Positions 1 through 14,672 of a DNA stretch of 64,000 nucleotides are shown in pieces (positions within the stretch are counted from its first letter, which is position 1; every line of letters starts with the position of its first letter). The stretch spans positions 1,421-65,420 of the forward strand of contig JANWJU010000131.1 of the NCBI GenBank assembly GCA_025451775.1, in the 5' to 3' direction. The position numbers were made by a program, and so were the translations under genes. The notes beneath the pieces were generated by a model. It was given only the letters and a program-made list of their open reading frames with translations. It did no database searches and had not been told where the DNA came from. Origin of the DNA: Terriglobales bacterium. Lineage in GTDB: Bacteria > Acidobacteriota > Terriglobia > Terriglobales > SCQP01.

Positions 1-864
1 CAACGTCAGCAGCCCCGCGGCCACGGCGTTAAACACTTTGCGCCGCCGGTGGATGATGCCCACCGGCCGGAACAGCTCCGCCGGCTTCAGGTTCAGCACC
101 GCCAACCGCCGCTGCTGCAACTCCTCGCGCAGCACCCGCCGCGGCATGATGCTCACCCCCGCGCCGTGCGCCACCGCTTCCTTGATCATTTGCAAATTAT
201 CGAAGCGCAGCGAGGTGTGCACGCTCACCTTGTGCTCGCGGAAATAGCGGTCAATCTGCGCCTGGATGGGCAAATCCTGATCGAAGCCAATGAACACCTC
301 GCCGTTCAACCGCTCCGCCATGACGGCATGCGCGTGCGCCAGCGGATGCTGCGGCGCTACCGCGACCACCATCTCCTCCAGCCGCCAGGGCAGCGCCACC
401 ACGTCCTTGGTCGATTCGGCATAGCTCACCAGGCCGATGTCGGCTTCATCCTCGCCCACCGCCTCATACACCCGCTCCGGCCGTAAATACGCCACCCGCA
501 GCTCGCCCTGCGGAAAGCGTTGCGCAAACGCCGCCTCGATCTCCGCCATCTCCGACAGCCCCACCGAGTAGATCGCCGCCAGCCGCACCACGCCGTTGGC
601 CTGCTGCTTCAGCAGCTCGATCGAGGCCAGCATCTCGTCCTGCCGCCGCAGCGTCTCGCGGCAGTAATCGACGTAGAGCTTGCCCGCCGGCGTCAGGCTC
701 AGCGGACGCCGGCGGCGGTCGAACAGCTCCACCCCCATCTCCCGCTCCCGCTCTTGAATCTGCTGGCTGGCCGCGGATTGGCTGATGCCGTTGAGGCGGG
801 CCGCCTTGCTGATGCTGCGGTGATGCGCCGCGTCCCGAATCAAGCGATGGCAGTCGGTGCTCAC
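1..864 (-). CDS. LysR-family transcriptional regulator; C-terminus runs off the window; GltC-like by position
   Basis: Own translation of the minus strand from GTG at 864: VSTDCHRLIRDAAHHRSISKAARLNGISQSAASQQIQEREREMGVELFDRRRRPLSLTPAGK... This gives an N-terminal HTH followed by a LysR substrate-binding-like region (..VRLAAIYSVG..IGLVSY..). It is not in the ORF track because it has no stop in the window. It is divergent from gltB. Confidence 0.8.
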   Translation of the reverse strand, partial: MSTDCHRLIRDAAHHRSISKAARLNGISQSAASQQIQEREREMGVELFDRRRRPLSLTPAGKLYVDYCRETLRRQDEMLASIELLKQQANGVVRLAAIYSVGLSEMAEIEAAFAQRFPQGELRVAYLRPERVYEAVGEDEADIGLVSYAESTKDVVALPWRLEEMVVAVAPQHPLAHAHAVMAERLNGEVFIGFDQDLPIQAQIDRYFREHKVSVHTSLRFDNLQMIKEAVAHGAGVSIMPRRVLREELQQRRLAVLNLKPAELFRPVGIIHRRRKVFNAVAAGLLTL

Positions 865-889
865 GGCTCCACTCTAGCATAAGTAAAAC

Positions 890-944
890 CGATAGGATAA
901 ATTTATCGATTCACATTGACGAATACTGCCGGACCCGCCATACT
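890..944 (+). promoter_or_regulatory. Putative gltB promoter with an upstream LysR-type dyad
   Basis: Dyad CGATA-N9-TATCG at 890-908 satisfies T-N11-A (T893/A905). It is followed by TTGACG (916-921), a 17-nt spacer and CATACT (939-944), about 45 nt upstream of the gltB ATG. This is the most AT-rich patch of the intergenic region. Confidence 0.4.
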
Positions 945-992
945 GGATGCCAACACCCGGCCGCAGCCGCCGGGTGAGAGAGGCACCGCGAC

Positions 993-5597
<4,605 letters not shown>

Positions 5598-5600
5598 TCC

Positions 5601-7025
<1,425 letters not shown>

Positions 7026-7055
7026 AGCCCGGCAACCCAATTCAACCCGTGTTCG

Positions 7056-7126
7056 GCGAAGTGGCTCGCCACCCGAGGCGCGCTTGCACCAGCGCTGAGC
7101 GGCCGAGGTGGCTCGCCACTTTTCGC
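7056..7126. repeat. Two direct copies of GTGGCTCGCCAC within a larger imperfect hairpin, downstream of gltD
   Basis: GTGGCTCGCCAC occurs at 7061-7072 and 7108-7119. The flanks gcgaa / ttttcgc are complementary. The 19-mer at 7108-7126 is the exact reverse complement of 31228-31246. Confidence 0.6.
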
Positions 7127-7269
7127 TGGGTCGCTCCCGCGATGCTCGCACGGTGAGCATCGCTCGCTTGAGGGTGGGCTTCAATTGGCGGTAGGGGATG
7201 CCCGCTCTGCTCGTGGCATCGCCAATCTGCCTCCAGAGGCCGAGAAGGTCCGCCGCCTCTGGCAACCAC

Positions 7270-7992
7270 TCAGCCGACTCGGGGCGTCGCCGGAAAGGCG
7301 CGCACCGTCAGCCGGCCCTCCTGGGCATAGATCACGTTGGCGTCGGCGAATCCAGCCCAACGCAGCACCGCGGCCAAGCCGGCGGCGGTTGGGAACCAGT
7401 AATTGGTGGGATCGTTATCGCGGCCGTGGGCGAACTCCCAAAACGCGCGCGCCAAGCCTTCCGGGTGCACACAGAAGGCGGTCTCGATCAGGCAGCACTC
7501 GCGCGTCACGGCGGCGAGGCGGCGAAGCGCGTCCACCGGATCGGTGAGGTGATAGAGGACGCCGAAAAAGAACACATAATCGAAGCGGCCGTGGCGGGCG
7601 GGATCGAGTTCGTGCACGCTGCCGGACCGGTACTCGACCTGCGAACCCAAGCGGCGGTGGGCAAATTCGAAGCCGGCCGTGCCGCCCCAATGGCCGCCAT
7701 TTTCACCGGTCGTATCCATGGCGGTGACGCGCGCGCCGCGCCGCTCGGCCTCGAAGGAAAACAACCCGTCCCAGGCCCCGATGTCGAGTACGGTCTTGCC
7801 GGTCAGGTCCTCGGGCACGCCAAAACGCGCGGTCGCATCGGCAGCGGTGTGAGAGCACTTGCCCGGCGTCACCACGCCCGGGGCGAGCTGGATTTGGTGA
7901 AACCAGCGGATGGCGCGCATCGCCTCGAGTTCGGCGGCTGTCATGGGCGGCAGCGGGGCGGGAGTAGGCGCGGGAGTAGAAGAGGAAGACAT
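7270..7992 (-). CDS. Class I SAM-dependent methyltransferase (copy 1 of a tandem pair)
   Basis: 240 aa with motif I VLDIGAWDG and FFFGVLYHL. The N-terminal RWFHxIxLxPGxxTPG motif resembles CmoB/DUF1698-type methyltransferases. Confidence 0.85.
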   Translation of the reverse strand: MSSSSTPAPTPAPLPPMTAAELEAMRAIRWFHQIQLAPGVVTPGKCSHTAADATARFGVPEDLTGKTVLDIGAWDGLFSFEAERRGARVTAMDTTGENGGHWGGTAGFEFAHRRLGSQVEYRSGSVHELDPARHGRFDYVFFFGVLYHLTDPVDALRRLAAVTRECCLIETAFCVHPEGLARAFWEFAHGRDNDPTNYWFPTAAGLAAVLRWAGFADANVIYAQEGRLTVRAFPATPRVG

Positions 7993-8077
7993 TGCAGCCG
8001 GGCAGGCAACGCCCCGTCCACCCTATGTGGCGGACGGGGACTCCGACAAGTGATTGAGGAGATACCTGGCCCCTCGC

Positions 8078-8785
8078 CTAGGCAGCCGGCGCGGCCGGGA
8101 AGGCGCGCACCGTGAGCCGCCCCTCCTGGGCGTAGAGCACGTTGGCTTCGGCAAAGCCGGCGAGGCGGAGCACGGCGGCCAAGCCCGCGACGGTCGGGTA
8201 CCAGTAGTTGGTGGGATCGTTGTCGCGGCCGTGGGCGAACTCCCAAAAGGCGCGCTTCATGCCTTCCGGGTGCACACAGAAGGCCGTCTCGATCAGGCAG
8301 CACTCGCCGGTGATGGCGGCGAGGCGGCGGAGCGCGTCCACCGGATCGGTGAGGTGGTAGAGGACGCCGAAGAAGAAAACGTAGTCGAAGCGGCCGTGGC
8401 GGGCGGGATCGAGTTCGTGCACGCTGCCGGGCCGGAACTCGACTTGCGAACCCAAGCGGCGGCGGGCGAATTCGAAGCCGGCCGTGCCGCCCCAATTGCC
8501 GCCATTTTCAAACGTCGTGTCCATGGCGGTCACGCGGGCGCCACGGCGCTCGGCCTCGAAGGAAAACAGCCCGTCCCAGGCGCCGATATCGAGCACGGTC
8601 TTGCCGCTCAGGTCTTCGGGAAGGCCAAAGCGCGCGGTCGCTTCGGCGGCGGTGTGCGGGCACTCGCCTGGCGTCATCACGCCGGGGGCGAGTTCGATGC
8701 GGTGAAACCAGCGGATGGCGCGCATGGCCTCAAGTTCGGCCGCCGTCATGGGCGGCTGCGGAGCAGGAGCGGGAGTTGGGGACAT
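8078..8785 (-). CDS. Class I SAM-dependent methyltransferase (copy 2 of the tandem pair)
   Basis: Paralog of 7270-7992. The start is set at the internal ATG (8785, MSPTPAPAP..) by alignment with copy 1. The longer track ORF (to 8986) would overlap nusB. Confidence 0.85.
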   Translation of the reverse strand: MSPTPAPAPQPPMTAAELEAMRAIRWFHRIELAPGVMTPGECPHTAAEATARFGLPEDLSGKTVLDIGAWDGLFSFEAERRGARVTAMDTTFENGGNWGGTAGFEFARRRLGSQVEFRPGSVHELDPARHGRFDYVFFFGVLYHLTDPVDALRRLAAITGECCLIETAFCVHPEGMKRAFWEFAHGRDNDPTNYWYPTVAGLAAVLRLAGFAEANVLYAQEGRLTVRAFPAAPAA

Positions 8786-8882
8786 GGATCTCCGGAACTG
8801 CACTCGTGGGGTGGACACGATCACGCTACCCGGCAGGCAGAGCCGGGGGCAAGTGACGGCCCAGATACCTGCCTCCAATCGC

Positions 8883-9320
8883 CTAAGCGACGGGGGCGGC
8901 CCGCAGCTCGTCGGCGATCGATTCCAGCACCCCGCGCAGAAAGCGTTGCGCCTCGGGCTGGGAGAAGCGGCGCGCCAACTGCGCACAGGCTTGGATCGCC
9001 TCCGCCCACGCCGGCTCCGGCTCCAGCAGCAGCTCGGCGCACGCCAGCTTCAGCAGGCTGCGGTCGATGAGGCTGATGCGCTCCAGCTTCCAGCCCCGGG
9101 AGTAGCGGCGGATCAAGTCCTCGATCCGCTCCCGCTGCCGCACGGCGGCGCCGATCAGTATGCCGGCGCGCTCCCGCACCGCCGGGGCGAGCGGATGCGC
9201 CGCCACGTACCAGCGCTCAATCTGGGCCGCATCCTGGCCGCCCAACTCCAGCGCATACAGCATCTGCAGCGCGGCTTCCCGCGCCGCCATGGCAGGCTCA
9301 TGGCGCGCGGCCGGGCTCAT
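8883..9320 (-). CDS. nusB: Transcription antitermination factor NusB
   Basis: ..AAREAALQMLYALELGG.. and ..IDRSLLKLACAELL.. are typical NusB. The start at 9320 makes an ATGA overlap with the upstream stop. An alternative ATG lies at 9290. Confidence 0.85.
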   Translation of the reverse strand: MSPAARHEPAMAAREAALQMLYALELGGQDAAQIERWYVAAHPLAPAVRERAGILIGAAVRQRERIEDLIRRYSRGWKLERISLIDRSLLKLACAELLLEPEPAWAEAIQACAQLARRFSQPEAQRFLRGVLESIADELRAAPVA

Positions 9321-9742
9321 GAGGCCGCCGCCTCCAGCACGATCTCGTGGCTGATGCGGACCGTGGGGCTGAGCATGAGATAGACGCTGCAATATTTGGT
9401 TTGCGAGAGCATGACGGCGCGCTCAGCCGCCTCCGGCTGCAGGTTCGTGCCGGCGATGCGGTAGACGAGATGAATCTTCGTATACACGGCCGGCGCCTCC
9501 GGCGCGCGCTCGCCGCGGGCGGTGACCTCCAACCGTGTCAAGCCCTGCCGCGCCTTGTTCAGGACGATGGCGACATCGGTCGCCGAGCAGGCGCACAGGC
9601 TGCGCAACACCATCTCCATCGGGCCCGGCGCGGTGTTCGTGCTCCGGTCGGAATCGAGCGTCAGCGCATGTCCGCTGGATCCGTTGGTGGCAAACCGCAG
9701 CTCGCCCACCCATTGGGCATTCGCTTCAACTGTTTCGCTCAT
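9317..9742 (-). CDS. OsmC family peroxiredoxin-like protein
   Basis: 141 aa with the paired Cys pattern (..LRSLCACSATD.. and ..SQTKYCSVY..) characteristic of OsmC/Ohr-fold proteins. Confidence 0.8.
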   Translation of the reverse strand: MSETVEANAQWVGELRFATNGSSGHALTLDSDRSTNTAPGPMEMVLRSLCACSATDVAIVLNKARQGLTRLEVTARGERAPEAPAVYTKIHLVYRIAGTNLQPEAAERAVMLSQTKYCSVYLMLSPTVRISHEIVLEAAAS

Positions 9743-9791
9743 TTGTTCCGCTCATCTGTTTCGCTCATATGGCTCACCCCTCCATTATCGG

Positions 9792-11243
9792 CTATCGGCG
9801 GTTATCCGAGCCCGGCTCGGGATGAATCGTCACCCGCGACAGCTGGGGCAGCTTGCGCTTGACCTGTGCCTCCAGGCGGGTCACGAGCTCATGCACCTCG
9901 CCCACCGGCAGCTCGTCGCGGAAGCTGCAGTGGCAGCTCAGCGACAGATGCCCATGGCTGCGGCGCAGTTGAATGTCGTGGCAGTCGATCATCTGCGGCC
10001 AGCGGCGGGCGATCTGTTTGAGCTTCGCCGCCACGCTATGGGTATCGAGCAGGTTGGCGGCGTTCACCTGCGCCAGCTCGGGTTCGATATGAGTCACAAT
10101 TTCCCGGATCGCCGGGATCTGTCCACGCATCTCAGCTTCCAACTGGCTGACGCGGTCATGCGCCTCCGCCAGCGGCATCGCGGCCTGCAGTTCCAAGTGA
10201 AACTCCACATCCAAACCCGCGCCCAAGTCGTAAATCGACAGATCATGGATGCTCAAGTTGTGCCGGCGCGCGATGGCTTGCACCTGCTCAAACACCCCCG
10301 GCGGCGCTTGCCGCCGCGCCGCGGCATCGATGGTCTCGATCACCACATCGGCCTCGGGCAGGCGGCGATGGATGCGCTCGGCCACCTCCTGGCGCACCAC
10401 CCCGATCCGTTCCAGGGTCGAGGCCGGCTCCAGCCCCAACTGCAGATCGACAAAGTAGCGGCTGCCGGCACGGCGCAACCGCAAACGGTCCAATGCGCTC
10501 ACCCCTTCCACGCCGCTGAGCGCTTCCCGCAGATCGCGCACCAGCGTCGGCGGCGCCTCGTCCAGCAGCACGCCCGCTGTGCGCCGGCCCAATCGCACCG
10601 CCAGCCCGATCATGGCCAAGGCTACGACCACCGCTGCCACCAGATCGGCGCGGGCCAGCACCGCGATCTGCCAGCGGTGGCCGATGGCGACCAGCGCCAA
10701 CCCAATCAGCACCGCCACGCTGGTGGCCAGGTCGCTGGAAAAGTTCAGCGCATCCGCCGCCAGCGCATCGCTCGAGAACTCCACCGCCGCCCGGCGCAAC
10801 ATCGCCGCCCGGCGCCAGTCCACCGCAATCGAGGTGAACATCACCGCGAACGCCCAGAAATCGATGTGCACCCGCGCCGCGCTGCCGCCCACCCACTCCC
10901 GAACGGCGGTCGTGCCGATGACCAGCGCCGTCCCCACCAGCAGCACCGTCTCCAGAAAGGCGGAAAAACTTTCGAACTTGCCATGGCCAAACGGGTGGTT
11001 GGCGTCGGCCGGGCGGGCGGCGATGCGCAACGAGGCCCACGTCAGCAGCGTGGCCACCAGGTCCAACCCGGAGTGGGCCGCCTCGGCCAAAATCCCCAGG
11101 CTGCCGGTGTGCACCCCCACCGCCAGCTTGAACGCCAGGATCCCGATGGCGGCGCCGATTGAAATCAGCGCCACCCGCTGTTTGCGGCTCTCGACCCGGG
11201 CGGCGACTGGGGTGGACGTGAGCATAAACGGCACCGGAGGCAA
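9792..11243 (-). CDS. Cation diffusion facilitator (CDF) family transporter with an extended C-terminus
   Basis: The TM domain carries HSGLD and FSSDLATS metal-site motifs. It is followed by three successive CTD-like modules ending ..VVIETID, ..VTHIEPE and ..VTIHPEP. Confidence 0.85.
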   Translation of the reverse strand: MPPVPFMLTSTPVAARVESRKQRVALISIGAAIGILAFKLAVGVHTGSLGILAEAAHSGLDLVATLLTWASLRIAARPADANHPFGHGKFESFSAFLETVLLVGTALVIGTTAVREWVGGSAARVHIDFWAFAVMFTSIAVDWRRAAMLRRAAVEFSSDALAADALNFSSDLATSVAVLIGLALVAIGHRWQIAVLARADLVAAVVVALAMIGLAVRLGRRTAGVLLDEAPPTLVRDLREALSGVEGVSALDRLRLRRAGSRYFVDLQLGLEPASTLERIGVVRQEVAERIHRRLPEADVVIETIDAAARRQAPPGVFEQVQAIARRHNLSIHDLSIYDLGAGLDVEFHLELQAAMPLAEAHDRVSQLEAEMRGQIPAIREIVTHIEPELAQVNAANLLDTHSVAAKLKQIARRWPQMIDCHDIQLRRSHGHLSLSCHCSFRDELPVGEVHELVTRLEAQVKRKLPQLSRVTIHPEPGSDNRR

Positions 11244-11343
11244 GGCAGCGGGTGCGGCCCTCCGGCCTCAGTGCTGGAAAGGCCTGGACACTCATCCTAA
11301 CCCGTCTCCGGCCCGGACTACCCTTCCCGCAGCCGGGGTGATA

Positions 11344-12462
11344 ATGTCGAAGTTAAGGTCTTCGGTGAAGGCGGCTATCGTTTTGCGCCGTAAATTCGGC
11401 TCGCTTCCGGTTGGGTTGCTGATCCTGGGCGTATTGGCCTGGTGGGGGGCCGTTCCGCGCGCTTTGAACGCCCAAGGCGTGCCGGCGGGCCCGCCCGTGC
11501 ATATTACCCCCGGCAGCGTGCCCAACCTTCCCGGCGGCGTCGCCCCCCACCCCGCTCCGCCGCCGCCCCCTCCAGCACCTAAAATCGCCCCGCCGGCACA
11601 CACCGGCCAGCTCCCGCAGATTCCCGAACTGACCGCCAACGTCAACCTGGTGCTGGTGCCGGTGGTGGTGACCGATCCGCTCAACCGCATGGTCACCGGA
11701 TTGGATAAGCAATTCTTCACCCTCAACGAAGACAACATTCCCCAGACCATCACCTCCTTTTCCAGCGAGGACGCCCCCATCTCCGTGGGGGTGGTGTTCG
11801 ACTCCAGCGGCAGCATGTCCGACAAAATTCAAAAATCCCGCGACGCCATGGTGCAGTTTTTCAAAACCGCCAACCCGCAGGACGAGTTCTTTTTGATCGA
11901 CTTCGCCGATCAGCCGCGGCTGCTGTGCAGCTTCACCAGCAACATCGATGAGGTGGAAAACAACGTGGCCATGATCCAACCCCAGGGCCGCACCGCCTTG
12001 CTCGATGCCGTCTATCTGGCCCTCGATCAGATGCGCCACGCCCAATACGAACGCAAGGCGCTGCTGATCATCTCCGACGGCGGCGACAATCACAGCCGCT
12101 ATTCCGAGCGCGACGTCGAGCGCGTGGTGCGCGAAGCCAACGTGCAAATCTACGGCATCGGGCTCTACGACGCTCCCTACGCCCGCGCCACCCCCGAGGA
12201 AATCAATGGCCCCGAGCTCATGGACAAGCTCACCGAATCCTCCGGCGGCAAGACCTTCGTCATCCACGACATCGATGAGCTCGCCGATACCGCCACCAAG
12301 ATCGGCATCGAGCTGAGGAACCAGTACGTGCTGGGCTACACCTCGTCCGATAAATCGCTCAATGGCAAGTGGCGCAAAATCGAGGTGAAATTGCATCCCC
12401 CGCCGGGCCTGCCGCCGTTGACCGTATCGGCCCGCACCGGCTACTACGGGCCGCATTTGTGA
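11344..12462 (+). CDS. Secreted vWA-domain protein (VWFA-related acidobacterial type)
   Basis: Start at ATG 11344 (MSKLRSSVKAAIVL.., signal-like). It has MIDAS VVFDSSGSM, TALLDA and ISDGGDN. The track ORF upstream extension is antisense to the CDF gene. Confidence 0.85.
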   Translation: MSKLRSSVKAAIVLRRKFGSLPVGLLILGVLAWWGAVPRALNAQGVPAGPPVHITPGSVPNLPGGVAPHPAPPPPPPAPKIAPPAHTGQLPQIPELTANVNLVLVPVVVTDPLNRMVTGLDKQFFTLNEDNIPQTITSFSSEDAPISVGVVFDSSGSMSDKIQKSRDAMVQFFKTANPQDEFFLIDFADQPRLLCSFTSNIDEVENNVAMIQPQGRTALLDAVYLALDQMRHAQYERKALLIISDGGDNHSRYSERDVERVVREANVQIYGIGLYDAPYARATPEEINGPELMDKLTESSGGKTFVIHDIDELADTATKIGIELRNQYVLGYTSSDKSLNGKWRKIEVKLHPPPGLPPLTVSARTGYYGPHL

Positions 12463-13436
12463 GGTACGCCCTCTATGCCGCCGCCCTGATCTGCGCGTTC
12501 GCCTGCGCCGCGCGCCCTCAGGAGCTGCAGCCGCGAACTGCCCCCGCAGCGCCCGCGACCCGCCAACGCGCCCCGCAAACACCGTTTGTCTTTCATGCCA
12601 ATGTCGGCGAGGTGCTGGTCAACGCCAGCGTGTTCGACAACAAGCACCATCCCGTCGAGGGGCTGCCAGAATCAGTTTTCTCCGTCTTCGAGAACGGGGT
12701 ACCGCAGCACATCGACTACTTTGTCCACGAGGACGCGCCCGTCTCGGTCGGCATCCTCATCGACAACAGCGGCAGCATGCGCGATAAGCGTCCCGAGGTG
12801 AACAAGGCGGCGCTCAACTTCGTCCACAGCAGCAATCCCCAGGACGAGGTCTTCATCGTCAACTTCAACGACGAGTACTACCTGGACGCCGGTTTCACCA
12901 ACAGCATCGCCAAACTCCAGCAGGGCCTGCAGCAGGTCGAATCCCGCGGCGGCACCGCCCTCTACGACGCCATCATCGCCTCGCTCGACTACCTCCAACA
13001 AAACGCCAAAAACCAGAAACGCGTTCTGCTGGTCATCACCGACGGCGATGACGACGCCAGCCGCTACACGCTCGAGCAAACCGTGCGCTTGGTCGAGGCC
13101 GAAAACCCGCCGCTCATCTACTGCATCGGCCTGATCGACTCCGATGACACGCGCTCGATGAAACGCGGCGCCGAGCGCACGCTCAACGCCCTCGCCGGCG
13201 CCAGCGGCGGCTTCGCCTACTTCCCCAAAACGCTGATCCAAGTCGGTGGCATCACCGACCAGGTCGCGCGGGAAATCCGCGAGCAGTACTCGATGTCCTA
13301 CCACTCCAATCAGACCGGAGTCGGGTTCCGCGCCATCCGCGTCGAGGTCAAGGACCCCAAACAAAAGCACCTCACCGTGCGCACCCGCAACGGCTACTAC
13401 CAGAGCCCGCCAGCCGCCGCCCAAAACGCGCCATAA
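12459..13436 (+). CDS. Secreted vWA-domain protein, paralog of the preceding gene
   Basis: GTG at 12459 overlaps the upstream stop (GTGA) and gives a signal-like N-terminus VRYALYAAALICAFACAA. It has MIDAS ILIDNSGSM, TALYDA and ITDGDDD. Confidence 0.8.
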   Translation: MRYALYAAALICAFACAARPQELQPRTAPAAPATRQRAPQTPFVFHANVGEVLVNASVFDNKHHPVEGLPESVFSVFENGVPQHIDYFVHEDAPVSVGILIDNSGSMRDKRPEVNKAALNFVHSSNPQDEVFIVNFNDEYYLDAGFTNSIAKLQQGLQQVESRGGTALYDAIIASLDYLQQNAKNQKRVLLVITDGDDDASRYTLEQTVRLVEAENPPLIYCIGLIDSDDTRSMKRGAERTLNALAGASGGFAYFPKTLIQVGGITDQVAREIREQYSMSYHSNQTGVGFRAIRVEVKDPKQKHLTVRTRNGYYQSPPAAAQNAP

Positions 13437-13484
13437 TAATGTAAGCGGCTGCGCTCAACTTTAGTCCCGCCGCTTGGACGTCTT

Positions 13485-14672
13485 ATGGTCCGCGCCTACT
13501 TCGACAACAACGCCAGCAGCCCCCTCATGCCCGAGGTGCTGGAGGCGATGCGGCCCACTTTGGAAGGCGCCCATGGTAATGCCAGCTCGATCCATCAGCG
13601 CGGGCAAGCCGCCAAGGCCGCCCTCGAACAGGCGCGCGCCAACGTCGCCAAGTTGATCGGCGCCGACGCCTCTGAGATCGTGTTTACCAGCGGCGGCACC
13701 GAGAGCAACAACTTGGCCATCCGGGGCATAGTAGGCGAGTGGCGCGCCTCCCATCCCAGTGCCACTGCCCTGCCTCACCTCATCACCTCCCGCATCGAGC
13801 ACCACTCGGTGTTGAACGTCTTCGAAGAGCTGGAGCGGCTCGGCCATCCGGTGACCTATCTGCGCGCGGCATCGGACGGGCGCATCGAGCCAGCCGAACT
13901 GCAACTTGCGCTGCGTCCAGACACCGGGTTGGTGTCGATCATGATGGCCAACAACGAGACCGGCGTTCTGCAACCGGTCGCCGAGTTCGCCGCCATGGCC
14001 CGCGCCGCCAAGGTCAAGTTCCACACCGACGCCATCCAAGCGGTAGCCAAGGTTCCCATCGACGTCAAGGCATTGGGGTGCGACCTGCTCAGCCTGAGTG
14101 GACACAAATTCCACGCTTGCCCGGGTGTGGGTGCGCTCTACGTGCGGCGCGGGGTCCGCATTCAAGCCATGCTGTACGGCGGGCGCCACGAGCGGGAGCG
14201 GCGGGCAGGCTCGGAGAACCTGCCGGGCATCGTCAGCCTCGGCGCCGCCGCGCGCCTGGATTTGGCCGACAACGCGCGCCTCGCGCAGTTGCGCGACCGG
14301 ATCGAGCAGACGATCCTGGCATCGGTTCCCCGCACCGGCGTTGCCGGAGCGGGACAGCCGCGCGTGCCTAATACGACCGATATCTACTTCGACGGCATCG
14401 AGGGCGAAGCCTTGGTCATCGCGCTCGACCTGCACGGTTTTTGCGTTTCGACCGGCGCCGCCTGCACCTCGGGCGCGGTCGAACCCTCACACGTACTGCT
14501 CGCCATGGGCTATCCCCGCGCCCGCGCCCGCGCCAGCCTGCGCTTCAGCTTGGGGCACCAGAACACTGCGGACGAAATCGACGCCTTGCTGGCCATACTC
14601 CCCGAACTCGTCCAAACCCAGCGCCGCTTGGTTCTGCCCGACGCCGCGCCCACCCTGGCGCGCCTGGCATGA
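13485..14672 (+). CDS. Cysteine desulfurase (NifS/IscS class)
   Basis: 395 aa with the PLP lysine motif SLSGHKF, active-site loop STGAACTSG and TSGGTESNN. Confidence 0.93.
   Translation: MVRAYFDNNASSPLMPEVLEAMRPTLEGAHGNASSIHQRGQAAKAALEQARANVAKLIGADASEIVFTSGGTESNNLAIRGIVGEWRASHPSATALPHLITSRIEHHSVLNVFEELERLGHPVTYLRAASDGRIEPAELQLALRPDTGLVSIMMANNETGVLQPVAEFAAMARAAKVKFHTDAIQAVAKVPIDVKALGCDLLSLSGHKFHACPGVGALYVRRGVRIQAMLYGGRHERERRAGSENLPGIVSLGAAARLDLADNARLAQLRDRIEQTILASVPRTGVAGAGQPRVPNTTDIYFDGIEGEALVIALDLHGFCVSTGAACTSGAVEPSHVLLAMGYPRARARASLRFSLGHQNTADEIDALLAILPELVQTQRRLVLPDAAPTLARLA

Noticed and set aside
8786-8986. N-terminal 67-aa extension of methyltransferase copy 2
   Set aside because: It has no counterpart in copy 1, would overlap the 3' end of nusB, and the internal ATG aligns with the paralog's N-terminus.
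10579-11343. Upstream extension of the first vWA ORF (627 aa)
   Set aside because: It is antisense to the well-supported CDF transporter gene. The ATG at 11344 gives a proper signal peptide.
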